A DNA stretch of 62,240 nucleotides, filler included, from Nemertoderma westbladi (GCA_032718475.1; 3 parts of 3 records of this genome joined end to end with filler, not necessarily neighbours in it), one strand, 5' to 3'; shown: positions 35,790 to 49,471, numbered from the whole stretch's first letter. A program made the numbers and translations. Notes: generated by a model from the letters alone, not told the origin.

Positions 35790-38105
35790 ACGCAACAGTT
35801 CACAGTCTGACAGTGCAGTAATTTGCAGTTCTTGCAGTTTCAGTATTTCAGTACCGGTAGTACATACATAATACAGCAAAATAGTGCTATATATACTAAT
35901 ATGTATCAAAACTTAAAAATAGCTACATAAAAAGTATTATAAAATGAACAATAATGCTTGATAGGGCCGTGGTGATGGAGACGTTTTAAAATTCTTTTCT
36001 AACAACAATTGTAAAGCGAAAATACAAATCTTTTTAAATATAAGTATTATACAATATTCTATATATTAAATGGTGGTGTACATTAAGTATATTACCTTTA
36101 AAATTGACGTAACAACTTCGCTAGAATCGGGTTCCCAAAATAGTTAGGTCTTCAAGCTCACCATCTCCCAAATCCAACGGAATCTTCAAATTTCCAGCTA
36201 CTGTAATTCTTCGTCTCGTGGCAATCTTGTTTCGCAAATGGCAAAAGTCCTTTCTCATATTGCTATCGCTGCATTATTCTAGCGTTTCCAACTTTTGGAT
36301 TTTTTGGATCTAACGCCTTACATAAGGCGGTAGATCCAGATAAAAGCAATCTTTCTCAAAACTAAATGTCACTATTAATCACAATATTTTTTAATTATTT
36401 TAGTAAAAGCACTCGTCGCCTCCAACTCTCTTTAAGGTCATTTTCATTGCCTAAATGTAACTTATTACTGCAGTGTTTTGAATCATAATAAATTTTCATT
36501 GCCTAACTAAATATAACTTATTACTGCAATGTTTTGAATCATAAAAACATAATATTCTAGAATGTTTAATGTTGTTGCTAACACATTCTCTACATAGATT
36601 AACATTTTTTTGGTAATTTTGTTATGATTTTATCCTCCAAACAAACGGCAATAAAAAAAATTGCTCAACCTTTCCCAAAGTCTTTATAGCGAAAATTTAT
36701 TGTTATAATGTTGAACAACATCATGAGCAAATAAAATTGCAGTCATATACTGGAGAACGGTTCGTCAGTAAAATGTACCAAGCGTCTACTCGACTAAAAG
36801 GTTTATTCTTTTAAAATTTGTTAAAAATAGCAATATACAGGTGGAGCAATAAGTTTAAAATTAATTAAAAAAATTTTACAATTAGTTGGAATGAAATACG
36901 ATTCAGTACGAATATCAAAGTCTCATGGCTGTGGTGAACCAATTTTCTTTTAATGATATGGGTGGCTGGCCAGTTCTGTCAGAGAGGGGCAGCAATCGCA
37001 GTTGCGAGCGTGGTATCTGTCCACGGCTGAGTTCTTACAATATTTACAAATACATTGCGATGACAGCTCGTGGAAAGGGGTGCAGGTCAAGCAGATGAGG
37101 TAGTGAAACCCATGGGCGGTTGCCCTGGTGACAGTGTGCCGGTTTCTCTGCTGTGAGGATTTCCAACTCGAAGTTGTGAAGGCTGGGCCCCTTGTGTAAC
37201 CCTGCCGGTTGAAGTTTTCTGTGCGTTCGGTTCGGTAAGAGCGATATTGGTCTAATGCTGTAGGGTTGAATAGCGTGGGGTTTACGATAAGGAGGGTCGG
37301 TTGCAAGGTTATGCCAAGATAATTCGTATTCATTGCAGATGAGAACTTCTTTTCCCCCGTAGTAGAATTTATCGTTAATACACAGCCGGCCACCTTTACG
37401 GAACTTCATTATTTTTGTTTTAGAGAGGTTCACTTCCATTGAATTATTTATACACCATTCTTCTAGGACATCAAGACCGCGTTGGATAACTTGTGGATTC
37501 GAAGAATAAAAGGCTAGATCGTCCGCAAAGAATATGAATCAATTGCACGGAGTGCAGTTGCGAGGCTGGTAATAAAAATTATGAAGCAAGTTGGGGAGAA
37601 TGAGTCTCCTTGCAGAATTCCTCGCAACTGTGTGATCGGTTTTGATAGGCTGAAACCGTCGGATATTTTTATTGTATTTGTTAATAATGCCTTAATGAAG
37701 CCGAATAATTTCCCCTTTATTTCGAAATCGTTATATACTGCCAAGGAGCAAGGCTCGGTTCACTAGGTCGAATGCCTTTTTAAAATCAACAAAGGCTACA
37801 TACATTACACGGTCTTCTTTTGAGTGAAGGGCTTTGTTAATATCTGAGACAAGTTTCCTTATTGCTTGCATATTTGATCTCCCTGGTATAAGTCCATATT
37901 GCTCATCTGGGAACAGGTGGGATATGTTCCGTTGAACCCGTTTGTTTAGTATGGAGGTTAATAATTTTAGGAAAACACAGATAAGAGCGATACCTCTATA
38001 GTTATTTGGGTCCATCAGGCTCCCTTTCCCCTTGTATATAGCCTTGATGATGCTACATGTCCATGACAGTGGGATTGCGCCCATGTTTAGGCAGAAGTTG
38101 AAAAG

Positions 38106-40299
38106 GAGAGTTGTTACACATTTATTAGCGGGATGATAACTATCCCTAATGCTGGGCTACGGACAAAAAAGTTATTTTGCCCTAGGGCAAAATAACCATG
38201 TTATTCCCTCTTAGTAGTTAAGTGTTTATCGTGACACCACATACTGACATACAAACATAGGAACCGGTAATGCTGCTGTACTCGTCTTAGGTCTGTTGTG
38301 TGTCACATCAGGTGTAAATCAGGTATTCAGACCACCAACTAGTTTTGTACTTCATGTTTCATTATTACTGGGCGTTTTGTATTTCATGTTTCATTATTAT
38401 TGGGCTGTGCTCCACTAGACAGCAAGGCCTATTTATGTCTCATTAATCACCTCATTGTCATGCTCATACTGACGACTTATACTGACGGCACTGACCTATG
38501 ACTAAACTTTCAATTTCCATGGCAAATTAAGAGGTACCGGTATAGTAGGCCTACATAGTGTCACAGTCCAGAGTTGCTCCGTACCAGGTCTGCAGCCTGC
38601 AGCCCTGCAGGTAGGTCTAGTTTGGCCTGTATTTATATAGGCTGCAAGGTACCGTACTAGGCAGGTAGTGAGGCGTTTCTCCAGTTCCTTCCTCCTAAAT
38701 GTTAAAAAAAGATATCTAAGAATGTCGTTTAAATACGTTCGCCCCTTTCTGCCTTTTCCTTTTTAATACAGACATTGAAACGTTTTAATATTAAAGTAAA
38801 GTAAAAAAAAGTATTAACCGGTCTTCTAAGCGGAATGTATGGTGTTCAAGCCCCAGAACAGCCAAATTGTTGCTAGCTTCCAGTTGTACTGTAGGCTAAT
38901 GGCAACCTGTCATGAGTTAAGGAGTAAAGAATATGGTTAGATAACCAGAGTACTCGACCTTGGGAGTAGTGTGGTGCCTTCCCTGCGTTACAGATAATAG
39001 CCAAGAGAATGGAGCCTTTGGGTTGTTGCCTTGTGTGTTTCTTCTTACACGTTTAAATATAACTTTACTTTACTTCTATGCAGTTCTTAGCCAAAACTAC
39101 ATTTTCTAGACCATACTTTGATATAGTGGAGCGGAGGTAGGTGTTGGTCGACTCTAAGTGACATCATTCTTTTAAAACTGGCATAACAACCCGTTACTAT
39201 GGGAATATTAATATTATTCTTATAATGTTACTATTTAGTTAACTTAAATATAGCTCAAAATGTGGAGAAAAAGAAGTACCTACTTTTTTTCCCTAGGGAA
39301 TAATAGTTAATCATACAGTAGGCCTAGGATTGCATTGAACTTACTTTTCCCGGCGAAAAATGTAAATGGGAAAATATTTTTCGTGGAATTTCTTAAACTT
39401 TATTACATGTGTTGAAAGAGCATCTAAATAGAAAATGTTTGTAGCTTTCCACGTAGTTTGAGCAAAATCCGAAACTCAATAGTATGTAATATATATATAT
39501 ATATATATATATTCATAAACATATAATATATATTCTTAATAACATCATATATTCCAAAACCATTAAATTAATTAACATTTTCCTAAGTACTAAATAATTA
39601 TTTATACTAATAAATGTATTTAATGTGAACGATATACACCCCCCCTTCTGTGGCTAGTGGATACATGACATGTCCACCAAAAATACTATTCAATTAATTC
39701 AGCCAATTTAGTTATATATCCAATTTGAAGTTTATGCAAAGTTACTCCTAGCGGCCAATGTAAGAAAATAGGAATTTTAGAATGTAAACCATTTAAATAA
39801 GTTTGACATCAATTTTCACTAACAAATTCAGGTGCTTTTTTGATGATCGAATCTTACGGCGATTGGATGAATTAAGCATAGAGCTATACAACACACATGA
39901 CACAGTAGGCCTAATATTTTACCTTTGGAGCTTGGGTGTTATTATTCCCTTGGGCAAAATAACACCTATGCAATTAATGAATTAAAGTGAAACACAACGA
40001 AAATTTTCCAATGCCCTTGGGCAAAATCAATATAAACACCCCCAAAACTTTCCAAGCCCCATTTTGTAAACTCTCCCCCCAAACAATGCCATTTTAGAAT
40101 CTGTAAATAGTTGTTAAGGGATAAAAATAATCGAAATGCATACCACAGTACATGTGTAACAACTTACTTATTCCCCATAAGTTAGTTATTTTCCCAGTTA
40201 TTTAACCCTTGGGCAGGAACACCCTCGGGCTTCGCCCTCGGGTTGTTTCCTGCCCGCGGGTTAAATAACTGGGAAAATAACTAACTTCTGGGGAATAAG
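38106..40299. mobile_element. Non-coding 2.2-kb element with 13-bp subterminal inverted repeats and a terminal palindrome
   Basis: Boundaries are defined by the interrupted LINE codons. AGTTGTTACACAT at 38109-38121 is the exact reverse complement of 40152-40164. AAG is present at both junctions. Confidence 0.85.
40167..40299. repeat. 133-bp near-perfect palindrome (hairpin/cruciform)
   Basis: Arms CTTATTCCCCATAAGTTAGTTATTTTCCCAGTTATTTAACCCTTGGGCAGGAA and their complement, with centre CCCTCGGGC-TTC-GCCCTCGGG. Confidence 0.95.
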
Positions 40300-42461
40300 C
40301 ATAGTTATAATTGTAATTAGGAGGGGACCTGCAGCTTTTAAATGTTCGTAAAATATTCCATCTGGGCCGCAGGCTTTCTTTGATGCAGAGTTCTGTATAG
40401 CATCGCTTACCTTTTGTTCTCTGATTGGCTCATTGTACCAATCTTCAACAGATTTCTCCTGTTCAGATGGCGAAGGTGGGGTGCTGCTTCCGGGAGGGTC
40501 CAGTCTTACACCCAATAAATTGTCGAAGTGGGTCCTCAGAGTTGCTGGTTCTATGGGGATTGATTTCGCCAGTTTCCCCTCTTTGAAGATCATCCAAGGT
40601 TTGATCTCCGCCTGTTTTAAGTTTTCGAGTAGCATTTCTTCCTCATACGCTATTTTCTTGTTTTTCAGTAAGGCTTTATATTTCTTCCTATTCGCCCAGT
40701 ACAGGTCATTGTTAGCAGGCGAGTTTTGGCGGTTGGCCATCATCTCAAGTAGTTGGTGCTTGCAAGTCCTGCACTCGTCATCGAACCATGGTTTATTGTG
40801 GTGGTCTGAGACTTTATTGGGGGGGCATGACGCAGAGTTTATTGTTTCTGTTAGGTGTGCTGTCGCTGCGTCAATGTCTTCCTTTTCTAAGAAGAATTCG
40901 ATCATGACTTCATTAAGTTCCTGCTCAAAGCGGTTAAGGTTCAGAGTCCTACTACTTCGAAAAACAGGTTCTGGGTTACATTCACCATTTTCTTTGAAGT
41001 ACTCCATTGATAGATGCATTTTCTGGTGCTTCCTGATAGGATTGCTCTCTAAGCTGACCGTGATGTTTGTGCATCGGTGGGAAGTGGGGTTTCTTATATA
41101 GAGAAGATCTATAGTACTCTCGCCCTGGGGAGAGATATATGTCTTTAATTTCGGATTATTGAGTAACTCGAACCCAATATCTTGGAGTGATTCTGTCAGG
41201 TCGTTTCCCCTATCCCCCGAATCGATTCGACAGTTGAAATCCCCACCAAGAGTTATTGTGTCATCAGCATCTGTGTATGTTAGTGATTCGTTTATTGCAA
41301 ATATTACTTCTTCTACAGGAGTGTCGGGGGTAAAATAGAAGACAATATAAATTCCAGCCATTGTCTTAATTGCCATGTATTCATTTGTTTTGATAAGTAG
41401 TTGAGGATCTAATTTTGGAACAGCTAGGACAATTAGACCTCCAGATGGGGAGGCCATATTGATTCTTTTTTGCTGGTTGGACGAAAGGTTTATATGGGGC
41501 GCTGCAAATATTTTCTTCTACTTGAAACGTTTCGGTTAGTAATAGTATGTCAGAGTTACTAAATAGTTCTTTAGGGTTTAGATTTGTTTGTAGGTAGTTC
41601 CATCCTTCCACATTCCACAGCGAAACATTGATTTTACTTTTAGAGTTTGGTTGTCAATCCGCTCCGTTACCATCTACACGAGGGGCTGTCGCCGTCACAT
41701 GTTGGGTTTCCTGGCGGTGGCGGTGTTGTACCCGCGGGCGTAGGCCAAATGATTCTCTCTCGGCGTTGGTCAATTTGTAGTTTTTAACTGTTATTCCCTC
41801 TTCCCAGATCTCGGGGTTCATATAATCATTTGTCTATGTTCCTGGTCACATATAACGTGGAAAGAACGATACACCGATTCGGGGTGTACTGTAGTTTTAT
41901 AGTATCGACAATTAAACTATAACTAATATATTTTAATTTACATTTATTTTATTATTTATTACATTTATTATTTAATTATTTTACACACTATAACGAGTGT
42001 CCGCTTTCGAATGATCAATATTATGAATTCGTGTTACCATAGCAACAAGTTATTACGTGTCTCATTGTAAGAACGAACAAACCTATTGTCATGGGAAAAA
42101 CACATACCCCCACTATATCGAGTATGAGCTTGCGAATGGTCAGCATACTTAATTCCAGTTGCCATAGCAATGGTTGTTTCGCAAAATGACTACAAAAACT
42201 TTGTTATATTGTAGTTTCTAACACGCACAGTATTGGTGCCGGTTTGTTTGGTAATAGATATTTATTTAAATATTAAATACACTGTCAAATGTCATTATCA
42301 TTTTAGCCCGGCCAATTAATGCGTTCACCTATAAATAATTGTAAGACAAGGCATTAAAATGATGAAGTAATACATTCTCTGCAATTATAATTATATAAAA
42401 TTTTAGCCAATTTATTAAAATGTTCTCTTATTGTTTTATTAAATAGGAATTATTATTATTA

Positions 42462-43010
42462 TTAATAAATATGTGAAGCTGATTCCGTGAATAAATAGTT
42501 GTGTAAAGCAATCATGCACCGCACTATTGAGACTGTATTATATGGTGCATTAGGTATTGTTGTAAGTAAAAGGCGAAAACGAGAGACCATCTTACTGAAA
42601 GCATTTTCTACTACCCTTCGTGTTCTACATAATCTGTAATTATATATGCGTTCTTGTTCGATATCGGTAGTTCTTGCCTTGCGTAACGTTTCATTATGCC
42701 CGAGTTTAATGCAAGAACATAATCTCCAACAAAGTGGGTGGCAATCCTTCAGTAATTGGGGCAGGTTCCGGAATAGATCCATCTCTGGCCTCTAAAAGAT
42801 GTTTAATATGTGATTGATTGAAAATGGATGCGTCTCCCACTGATCCTGGCTTACCTAAATCGTAGGCTATTATTCTTCCTGCATCAACTGCGACAAGTAG
42901 TATGATTGAGAAATACTTTTTGAAATTAAAGTATTCACTTCCAGATCCATTTGGCTTTATAATTTTAATGTGCTTTCCATCAACTACACCTAAACAGTGA
43001 GGAAATAAAT
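42462..43010 (-). pseudogene. PIF/Harbinger (HARBI1-like) DDE transposase relic
   Basis: FPHCLGVVDGKHI, SGSEYFNFKKYFSI, GSVGDASIF and YNYRLCRTRRVVENAF. Confidence 0.85.
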
Positions 43011-43029
43011 ATCCCTTAAACTTTTATAT

Positions 43030-46000
43030 GGGCAATTCCATAGTGTCGGACGTTACAACATTTTTAAAAATGATCATGTTTTCAGTTAATATATTTTAAG
43101 AAAGTAATTTTCAGAGATCGTATTAGCATTTGAAATTGAGGAAATTTATCGAAGTGTTGGACTGTTATATAGTCACTACTGAATATTGCGTGCCTGTATA
43201 AGCATTTGGATTTCAAAAAAAGGTGTCGGACGTTACCCAAAAAGGACACAATTTTTTGCTAGATTTTTATATTGCTTCTTAAATGATGCCGATTGGAGCT
43301 ATAAAGGCGATGTGCCACTGGAAACAAAAACAAACCTTCTTTTTTTTAAGATTGTGGGGTCTGCTACTTCAAATGGGAACCACAAACAATGTAAACTACA
43401 ATGTAAGCGATGAGGAATGGTGTCGGACGTTACAGACACTGGTGTCGGACGTTACAAATTTAGATATTATCTACAGTTGTTCTATGTATAAGTCCCTTTA
43501 TTCTAAAACCTAGGCAGATCTTCATCGCCAAACGCACTGACTTCAAAGCGATGAGTACTGCGCATTCTCGCTGTCCCTCCTGCAGTCATTGGTGGAGGTA
43601 GTTTTCTCATAATTGTATCAAACAGATGAGATCCATATTCTCTTGGATCGCACGAAACAACACAGATCGTGTCTGATAGTTTGTGACTAGATAGAATTCT
43701 CTTCTTATATTCCACATAGACCTCTGAGTCCGAGACTTCAACGATGTGTCCCACATAGTTCTTTGAGACACTTGAGTTATTATCATAAGGCACAGATAAT
43801 AAGAGCCAGTCACCTTTATTTAAAGATCTTCCCGGATCATCGCTAGATTCATCAGAATTCAGTTCAGACAATCGATCTAAATCATTTGATAATGATGGCG
43901 TTTCCTCGTGTCCACTACTCTCCGACGGACTGCCGCATGGGGGCTCCACCACTATATTGATCGTTTCTATCTCGGGCGAGCCATCGGTTGCCAGATTTCC
44001 TTCTTCCAGCGCGGTGATGACAAAATCGCGACCTTTGGCAGATTGAGGGAATCGTTTACAGACAATATTACTTGGCAGATTTCGGTTGCATTCAACATAG
44101 TGAAAAGAACGAGTACCCTTTATTGTGTTCAACTTCAGATAAAACTCGTTATCTGTTGTCTTGTCTATGTTCTTACATTCTATGGTCCGAATTTTTATCT
44201 CATCGTTAACCGCATTGACAAAATCGGAGGCAGACTTAATGGTACTCTGGCGAGTCTTGACTTTATTCCAGGCGTAACGTTTAACAGTGGCCCCGATACC
44301 GTCCACAGCCCCCTTCCCGTGATACGATGCAAAATAATTCCAAACAAAGGAATCCAAGTCATGATCTTCGCGCTGCCTACAGATGTTGGCAATGTTGAAT
44401 CTGTTTTTGAATTGAGAAGATGCCCCATCCGAAAACATTTGCACGTTTTTAACTAGGGGATTCTTCTGTATTTCTAAATCAAGAATTATACTTATAAAAG
44501 CATACACACAATACCTGTCGTGTGTTCTATCGTCACTAACTATTACGTATCTGGTGGCTTCTTTTTTGTACCAACAGCAAGCTGTAAATACTGTAACCTG
44601 CGGTGGATTCCAATGAGCCGACTGTACTTCATCTTGATAAGCTGCGGTGTAGTTCTGGGCAAAGTCGCATTGCATTCCCATTGTATTTTCCTTCTCAGAT
44701 GTTGTTATAGAAATGAAGTTTTCATGAGTTTTTCTCTTAATATAAACATGATTCAAAAATTCAGGAATTTCTTTCCTATTCAAAGTATCTACTAACATTT
44801 TCAATTGCATTTCTCGCAGAACCATACTGAACTTTCCGCCTTTTGTGGACCATTCCTTGTAACTAATAATTTCCTCAGTATTGATACCGCTTTTAACCGC
44901 AAACTGTTGTTTATTATGACAATCGTCGCAGCGTTGATGACAACAATTATAGGTGTCTTCCTTATCACTGCAGATCATATCCGTATCTGCATACCTTGGT
45001 ACTCTACAGATCATAGAAGCAATTGACTTAACCTTATATTTAAAGTTTTCGTGAATGAGGCGCAGGCAAACATTGTGCTTCGTTTCCTTTGATGGCAGAA
45101 CATAGGGAGGGCGTAGCTCAGCAAACTTTGACTTTCCGATGCTGGCATCGGAAAGTCTTGTTTAAATAACGAATATGTTTCGTGTAATGTGTACCGTAAG
45201 TACCTTTTCTGCTTGACAACCTTATTCTTTCCGGCAAAGCGCAAAATTTTAAAGTCTTTCCGGCCTGGTGAGACCGAGCTAATCTCGTCAAGGCAATAAA
45301 ACATTTCCACATTTCTCTTGGTATCTAGTGACAAACAGTTCCGATGTCGAATGGGCCAATCTTCACCACTTGCCTTAGAAGAACATGGTATAATGTGCTT
45401 ACTGTACAAATGCTCGATGACTATTCTACGCATTTCCTTGTTTGATGGTAATGATCGCTGTGCTCTTCCACTTGCTCGTCTGATTGCAGCCTGCGATTTC
45501 AGAGTGACAGCTTCTAAGCGTTTGGTGAGGCGATGTTTTCTTACACGGAGTAAGCATTGGTGTCGTTCTTTGTTTACTTTCCTTTGAGCAGCAGCTTTCT
45601 CTCGAGCCGAACCATTTTTAACAGCCGATTTGATTTTTATCCTTTCCAATCGTTTTCTTTTTGCCTCCTTTTGTTTCAATTCAGCTAACTTTCCATCTTC
45701 AATTGCTTTGAGGTTTTGCCGTTCTCTGCGTTCTCTACACTTCTGAGCGTTTGACTTCGGCATCTTTTTTATTAGTCTTTATATTATTGGTTATTAGCTA
45801 CCTGTATTTGTTTTCTACTGTATTCTCTATTAGTTATCGACGGGTAAATCTCAATGGACTGGACATGCGATACTTCTGTAAATGTATTAATCCTACTGGA
45901 TATTTTTTCTATAAGTACATTATAAATGTGGGCATTTGACACATGTGCAGTATAATACAGGAAAGGCCTACTTAACAGTAGGCCTACTGCAGCAGTGCAC

Positions 46001-46664
46001 CTCATCTTTCTTCAAACACACTTCAAAATTGCCACTAAAACAATTAAGTATGAATATCATTATTGCAATGGGGGAAGAGACACGTTTCAACCAATACACG
46101 AACAGTGTCGAACGTTACATAGTGTCGGACGTTACACCTCTTTAATTGGCCATAGTTCAATGCATTGCTTTTCATGTTAACCATTCTTGTGATAGTGTAG
46201 CGCCATCTTGCGTGGGCATGAAGAGAAAGAAAACTATTTTGTCAATTGGCTATTAGGAAAAAAATCAGAGAAAGAATTGTCAAAAAAAGTGTCGGACGTT
46301 ACATTTTGAGGAGGGGAAGGCTATTTCTGTATTAAATGAGATCTGGTAAGGTACTATATCTCAAAGTTCATGCCGTTAAATTTTACAGATCCCAGGCTTT
46401 ACGTTGGTACCAAACAATGTATACTTTTGCTGTTCCAGTTTGAATTCCAAGCTCTTCAAAATATGAAATTTTTGATACCAAATTTAGAAAAATTATCGGG
46501 TGTCCAAATTTTGGACTAATTGTCAATCAAAACTTCGGAAATTGCAAATAATTTTTGCAAATTCAGAAAATTCACATATTTTTACTACAGATAGGCTACT
46601 AAAACAGTGTTTTCAGTGTCGTTTTATTTTGAGTTAATGTGTCCCAATTTCCATGGAAATGCCC
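43030..46664 (-). mobile_element. Complete Sola2-type DNA transposon (3635 bp)
   Basis: TIR GGGCA(A/T)TTCCAT at both ends, ATAT TSD at 43026-43029 and 46665-46668, seven GTGTCG(G/A)ACGTTAC subterminal repeats, and a transposase inside. Confidence 0.85.
43503..45763 (-). pseudogene. Sola2-like transposase (~750 aa) with one frameshift near 45148
   Basis: CDFAQNY, QDEVQSAHW, SDDRTHD, FSDGASSQFKN and WNYFASYHGKGAVDGIG. Adding one base joins KQDFP to DASIGKSKFAELRP, linking the 250-aa and 503-aa ORFs. Confidence 0.85.
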
Positions 46665-46789
46665 ATATAACTTTTAGGAACTAATAACTTTTGCGAATTT
46701 TTGTATAACTTTTGCAAAATTTAATATGACTTTTGGTTATTTTTATATAGCTTTTAATACAACTTTTGCTAAAGAAAATGGTGCTTGAT

Positions 46790-46945
46790 CAAAAAGTTTC
46801 TTGTGTGCGAGGGGGGTCCAGCAACAATTTACAGAAACAAGTTTCAGAAACTAGTTGTAGAAACAAATTGCAGAAACAAGTTTCTGTGTGTGAGGGGTCC
46901 AGCAACAAGTTTCAGAAACAAGTTGCAGAAACAAGTTGTTCCGTG
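46790..46945. repeat. 14-bp tandem repeats (CAGAAACAAGTTKC) with GTGTG(C/T)GAGGGG, possible Harbinger-type subterminal region
   Basis: The tandem units are directly visible. The family link is inference. Confidence 0.5.
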
Positions 46946-47979
46946 TATGCGCATGGATAGTAACACTGGAGGGGATGGCAAAATCTGTGCTTTAAAGGGT
47001 AATTGACTTGATTCAGTTGATAATCAATAGCAAATATATATGGCACCTTCCTACAATATTAGTTTGTCAATAAGAGAAGGAAAAGTACAGTAGGCCTATA
47101 GGGTGTCCTTAAGCGTGTCCTTCTAGGTCGTGCCCATACAGTAGGTATGAATAAAAACTATGGGAATAATTTAGTATAAATACACCATCATTATTGTGTT
47201 ATTCGCTTGGAAATCAAACTTAGATAGTCGCAGATATTATGTATTCTGTGTAAAACACTGGCAAGACATGTCCTATTCGAGGTGAATTTGTATGCTGGTA
47301 TAGTTTGCAACATGATTACTCTATGCTCAAGGTATGTAAGTTACCTATAGTGTTGGGTTCATCATGGTGATGCCCCTAAAGAATGTTCAAGTAAATTATT
47401 ATTATACATTTTTAAGATATAAATTGTGTGTGGTATTGCTGTTCAAAATGTTGAAATATTCTTTGTTGTAAAAAGATATAACACATTTCACAGGTGGACA
47501 CTTAATATGTGGAGTTACACTATGATGAACTGCCTGCCGCATCTGAAACACACCTCTCCCATGAATCAAATTTAAATATACCATCATCAGTGTAATTTTA
47601 TGAATCTTGGATATTGTAATTAATTAATTCAACATAATAGAAAAATTAAACTTTCTAACAAGCAAATAATTCATTTCATTTCAATAAAATTCAATTTAAT
47701 TCAATGTAATAGAAACATTAAACATTCAATAATAATATAATTGCAAATAATAATAATAATTCAATTATTATTATTATTTAAATACAGTTCTTACATATTA
47801 CATAGAAATGATCCTTTACTGTCTTTCCTTTACGGAAATGAAATGAAACTGTATCACAGCCTGTCAAGCAATGTTAAGCAAGCAGACTGTGACACTTATC
47901 CTTCCTTTAATGTTGCAGCTGTTGCGTTTATGTCAATAACTTTTCCTGAGAATCGTTTCAAAGTTATTTTTGTAGCTGG

Positions 47980-48500
47980 TTTCATATTCCAAAAAAAGAA
48001 CAATAAATGTACAAATATACATATATACAAATATCCGTATCATCCGCAGTAATCTGGATATGATTAAATTCATTAATAAACTTCAACATATAACTAATGA
48101 TTATAACATCTGTTTCCTCATGTTTGAATTCCGAGTTATTTTCACCCACTAAGCACAGATTTGAATCCTTGTGGTCGTAGGCGTGGTTGCATAATATATC
48201 AATGAGTTGCTTTTTGCTGTTTTCACATTTCATGACTGAGTCTGTATGTGTCTGAGTGTGTGATATGACTGAGTGTGAATGTATCTGGATTCAAATCGTA
48301 TTGTTTTCCGCTTCCTTTTGTATTTTTCTGTCTCCGTTCTCTCTCATAATATTTAGTACTGTGTGACTGTAGTGATCAAATATAATAAACGTTTTGTGAG
48401 AGTTTGTGTATTTAGTGGTGAAGTTTTCACACTTTACCTACTTGGCCAGTGTATATGGTATAATGAGGCATTCCCATCGACCAGTTCCAAGTCTAGGTTC
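47980..48500 (-). pseudogene. Academ-type transposase relic (XPG/PIN-like part)
   Basis: LVDGNASLYHIHWP, K..ERERR, KQLIDIL, HEETDVIII and ITADDTDI. Heavily degraded. Confidence 0.55.
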
Positions 48501-49471
48501 AAGAGTATCACAATAATGTGCAATGCACAATAAAGCCGAATTTTAGCAACTGCGCATGCATCCATTTTCATTATTCATCATTTTCATTTTCACTAGCAAC
48601 ATGCTATGCTCTCTGTCCTCAACAACATTATCATTAATATTAGGTTGCACATGTTCTTTACGAAGGGCCGTTAAGATATTCCTCTCCGCTGGTGATAAAA
48701 ACATAAAAATATATTCATATTATATCATAATACTTAGCTCATGTATCATATAAACCAGACATTATTTTATATTTTAGGAATACACAGTGCCGGTGGCTGC
48801 CATAACAAACACCAGCTACATCAATTTCTATAAATAATCACCAAAGTTTGTGTCTAATCCAAGTAAATTTACAAGTCGGTAGGCTATACAGCTATACCAT
48901 GTTGTTCTTATATTTAATATTAATATACTGTAGTTTTACTAGTTTTGTTTCACCAGCTAATTAAATCTACTAGCTAGCAAAATACATTAGCTACCGGTAC
49001 CTGAAATTATTCAGTTACGATTTCAATTACATTGAAATCAATTTTTAGTGCTACTTCGATACTACTATCACTACTTCGGTACTACTTTGATACTACTACC
49101 ACACACCCAGTTAAAACGGTGCTAGCATATTGCGAGCAACGTTCTGCAACATTTGTGCTAACATTTTGCCAGCACAGATGTCATACCCTTACCCTGTCTA
49201 TATGCTAGCATTTTGCAAGCATTAATTCCAGCATTATGCAAGCAAATTGTAAGAATATTAAATGCAGACCCCAGCATTATGCTAGCATTATGGTAACATT
49301 CTGCAACAAATATCTACTGACTTGAAACATAGCCGACCCAAATCACTCTGACAGCCATACACTTTGCAAGCTTAGCAATGTTCTCAAGTCCAGAATCATT
49401 CGCTTAAGGGGGGTGGGTTACTCGTTTGGAAGTCAACATTTTGAAATACATACTTCTCCAAAAAGCAAATT

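Larger units (their letters stand above)
30953..35860 (-). mobile_element. Near full-length CR1/L2-group LINE with (TAAA)n tail
   Basis: ORF1 and ORF2 in tandem, a ~300-bp 3'UTR and (TAAA)n at 30953-30983. The 5' boundary is approximate and no TSD was found. Confidence 0.9.
36950..41820 (-). mobile_element. Degraded LINE (APE, RT, C-terminal Cys/His), split by a 2.2-kb insertion
   Basis: LWNVEG, LTETF, GGDFN, TIDL, KPWFDDEC, KACGPDGI, NYRGI, EQYG, VDFKKAFD, GILQGD and CICKYC..H..C. The sequence ITML|FNFCLN is split at 38105/40300. Confidence 0.85.

Noticed and set aside
40433-41101. 222-aa plus-strand ORF
   Set aside because: It is the antisense shadow of LINE ORF2.
43043-46303. GTGTCGGACGTTACA repeats as a CRISPR-like array
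   Set aside because: They are irregularly spaced, only 15 bp long and confined to transposon subtermini.
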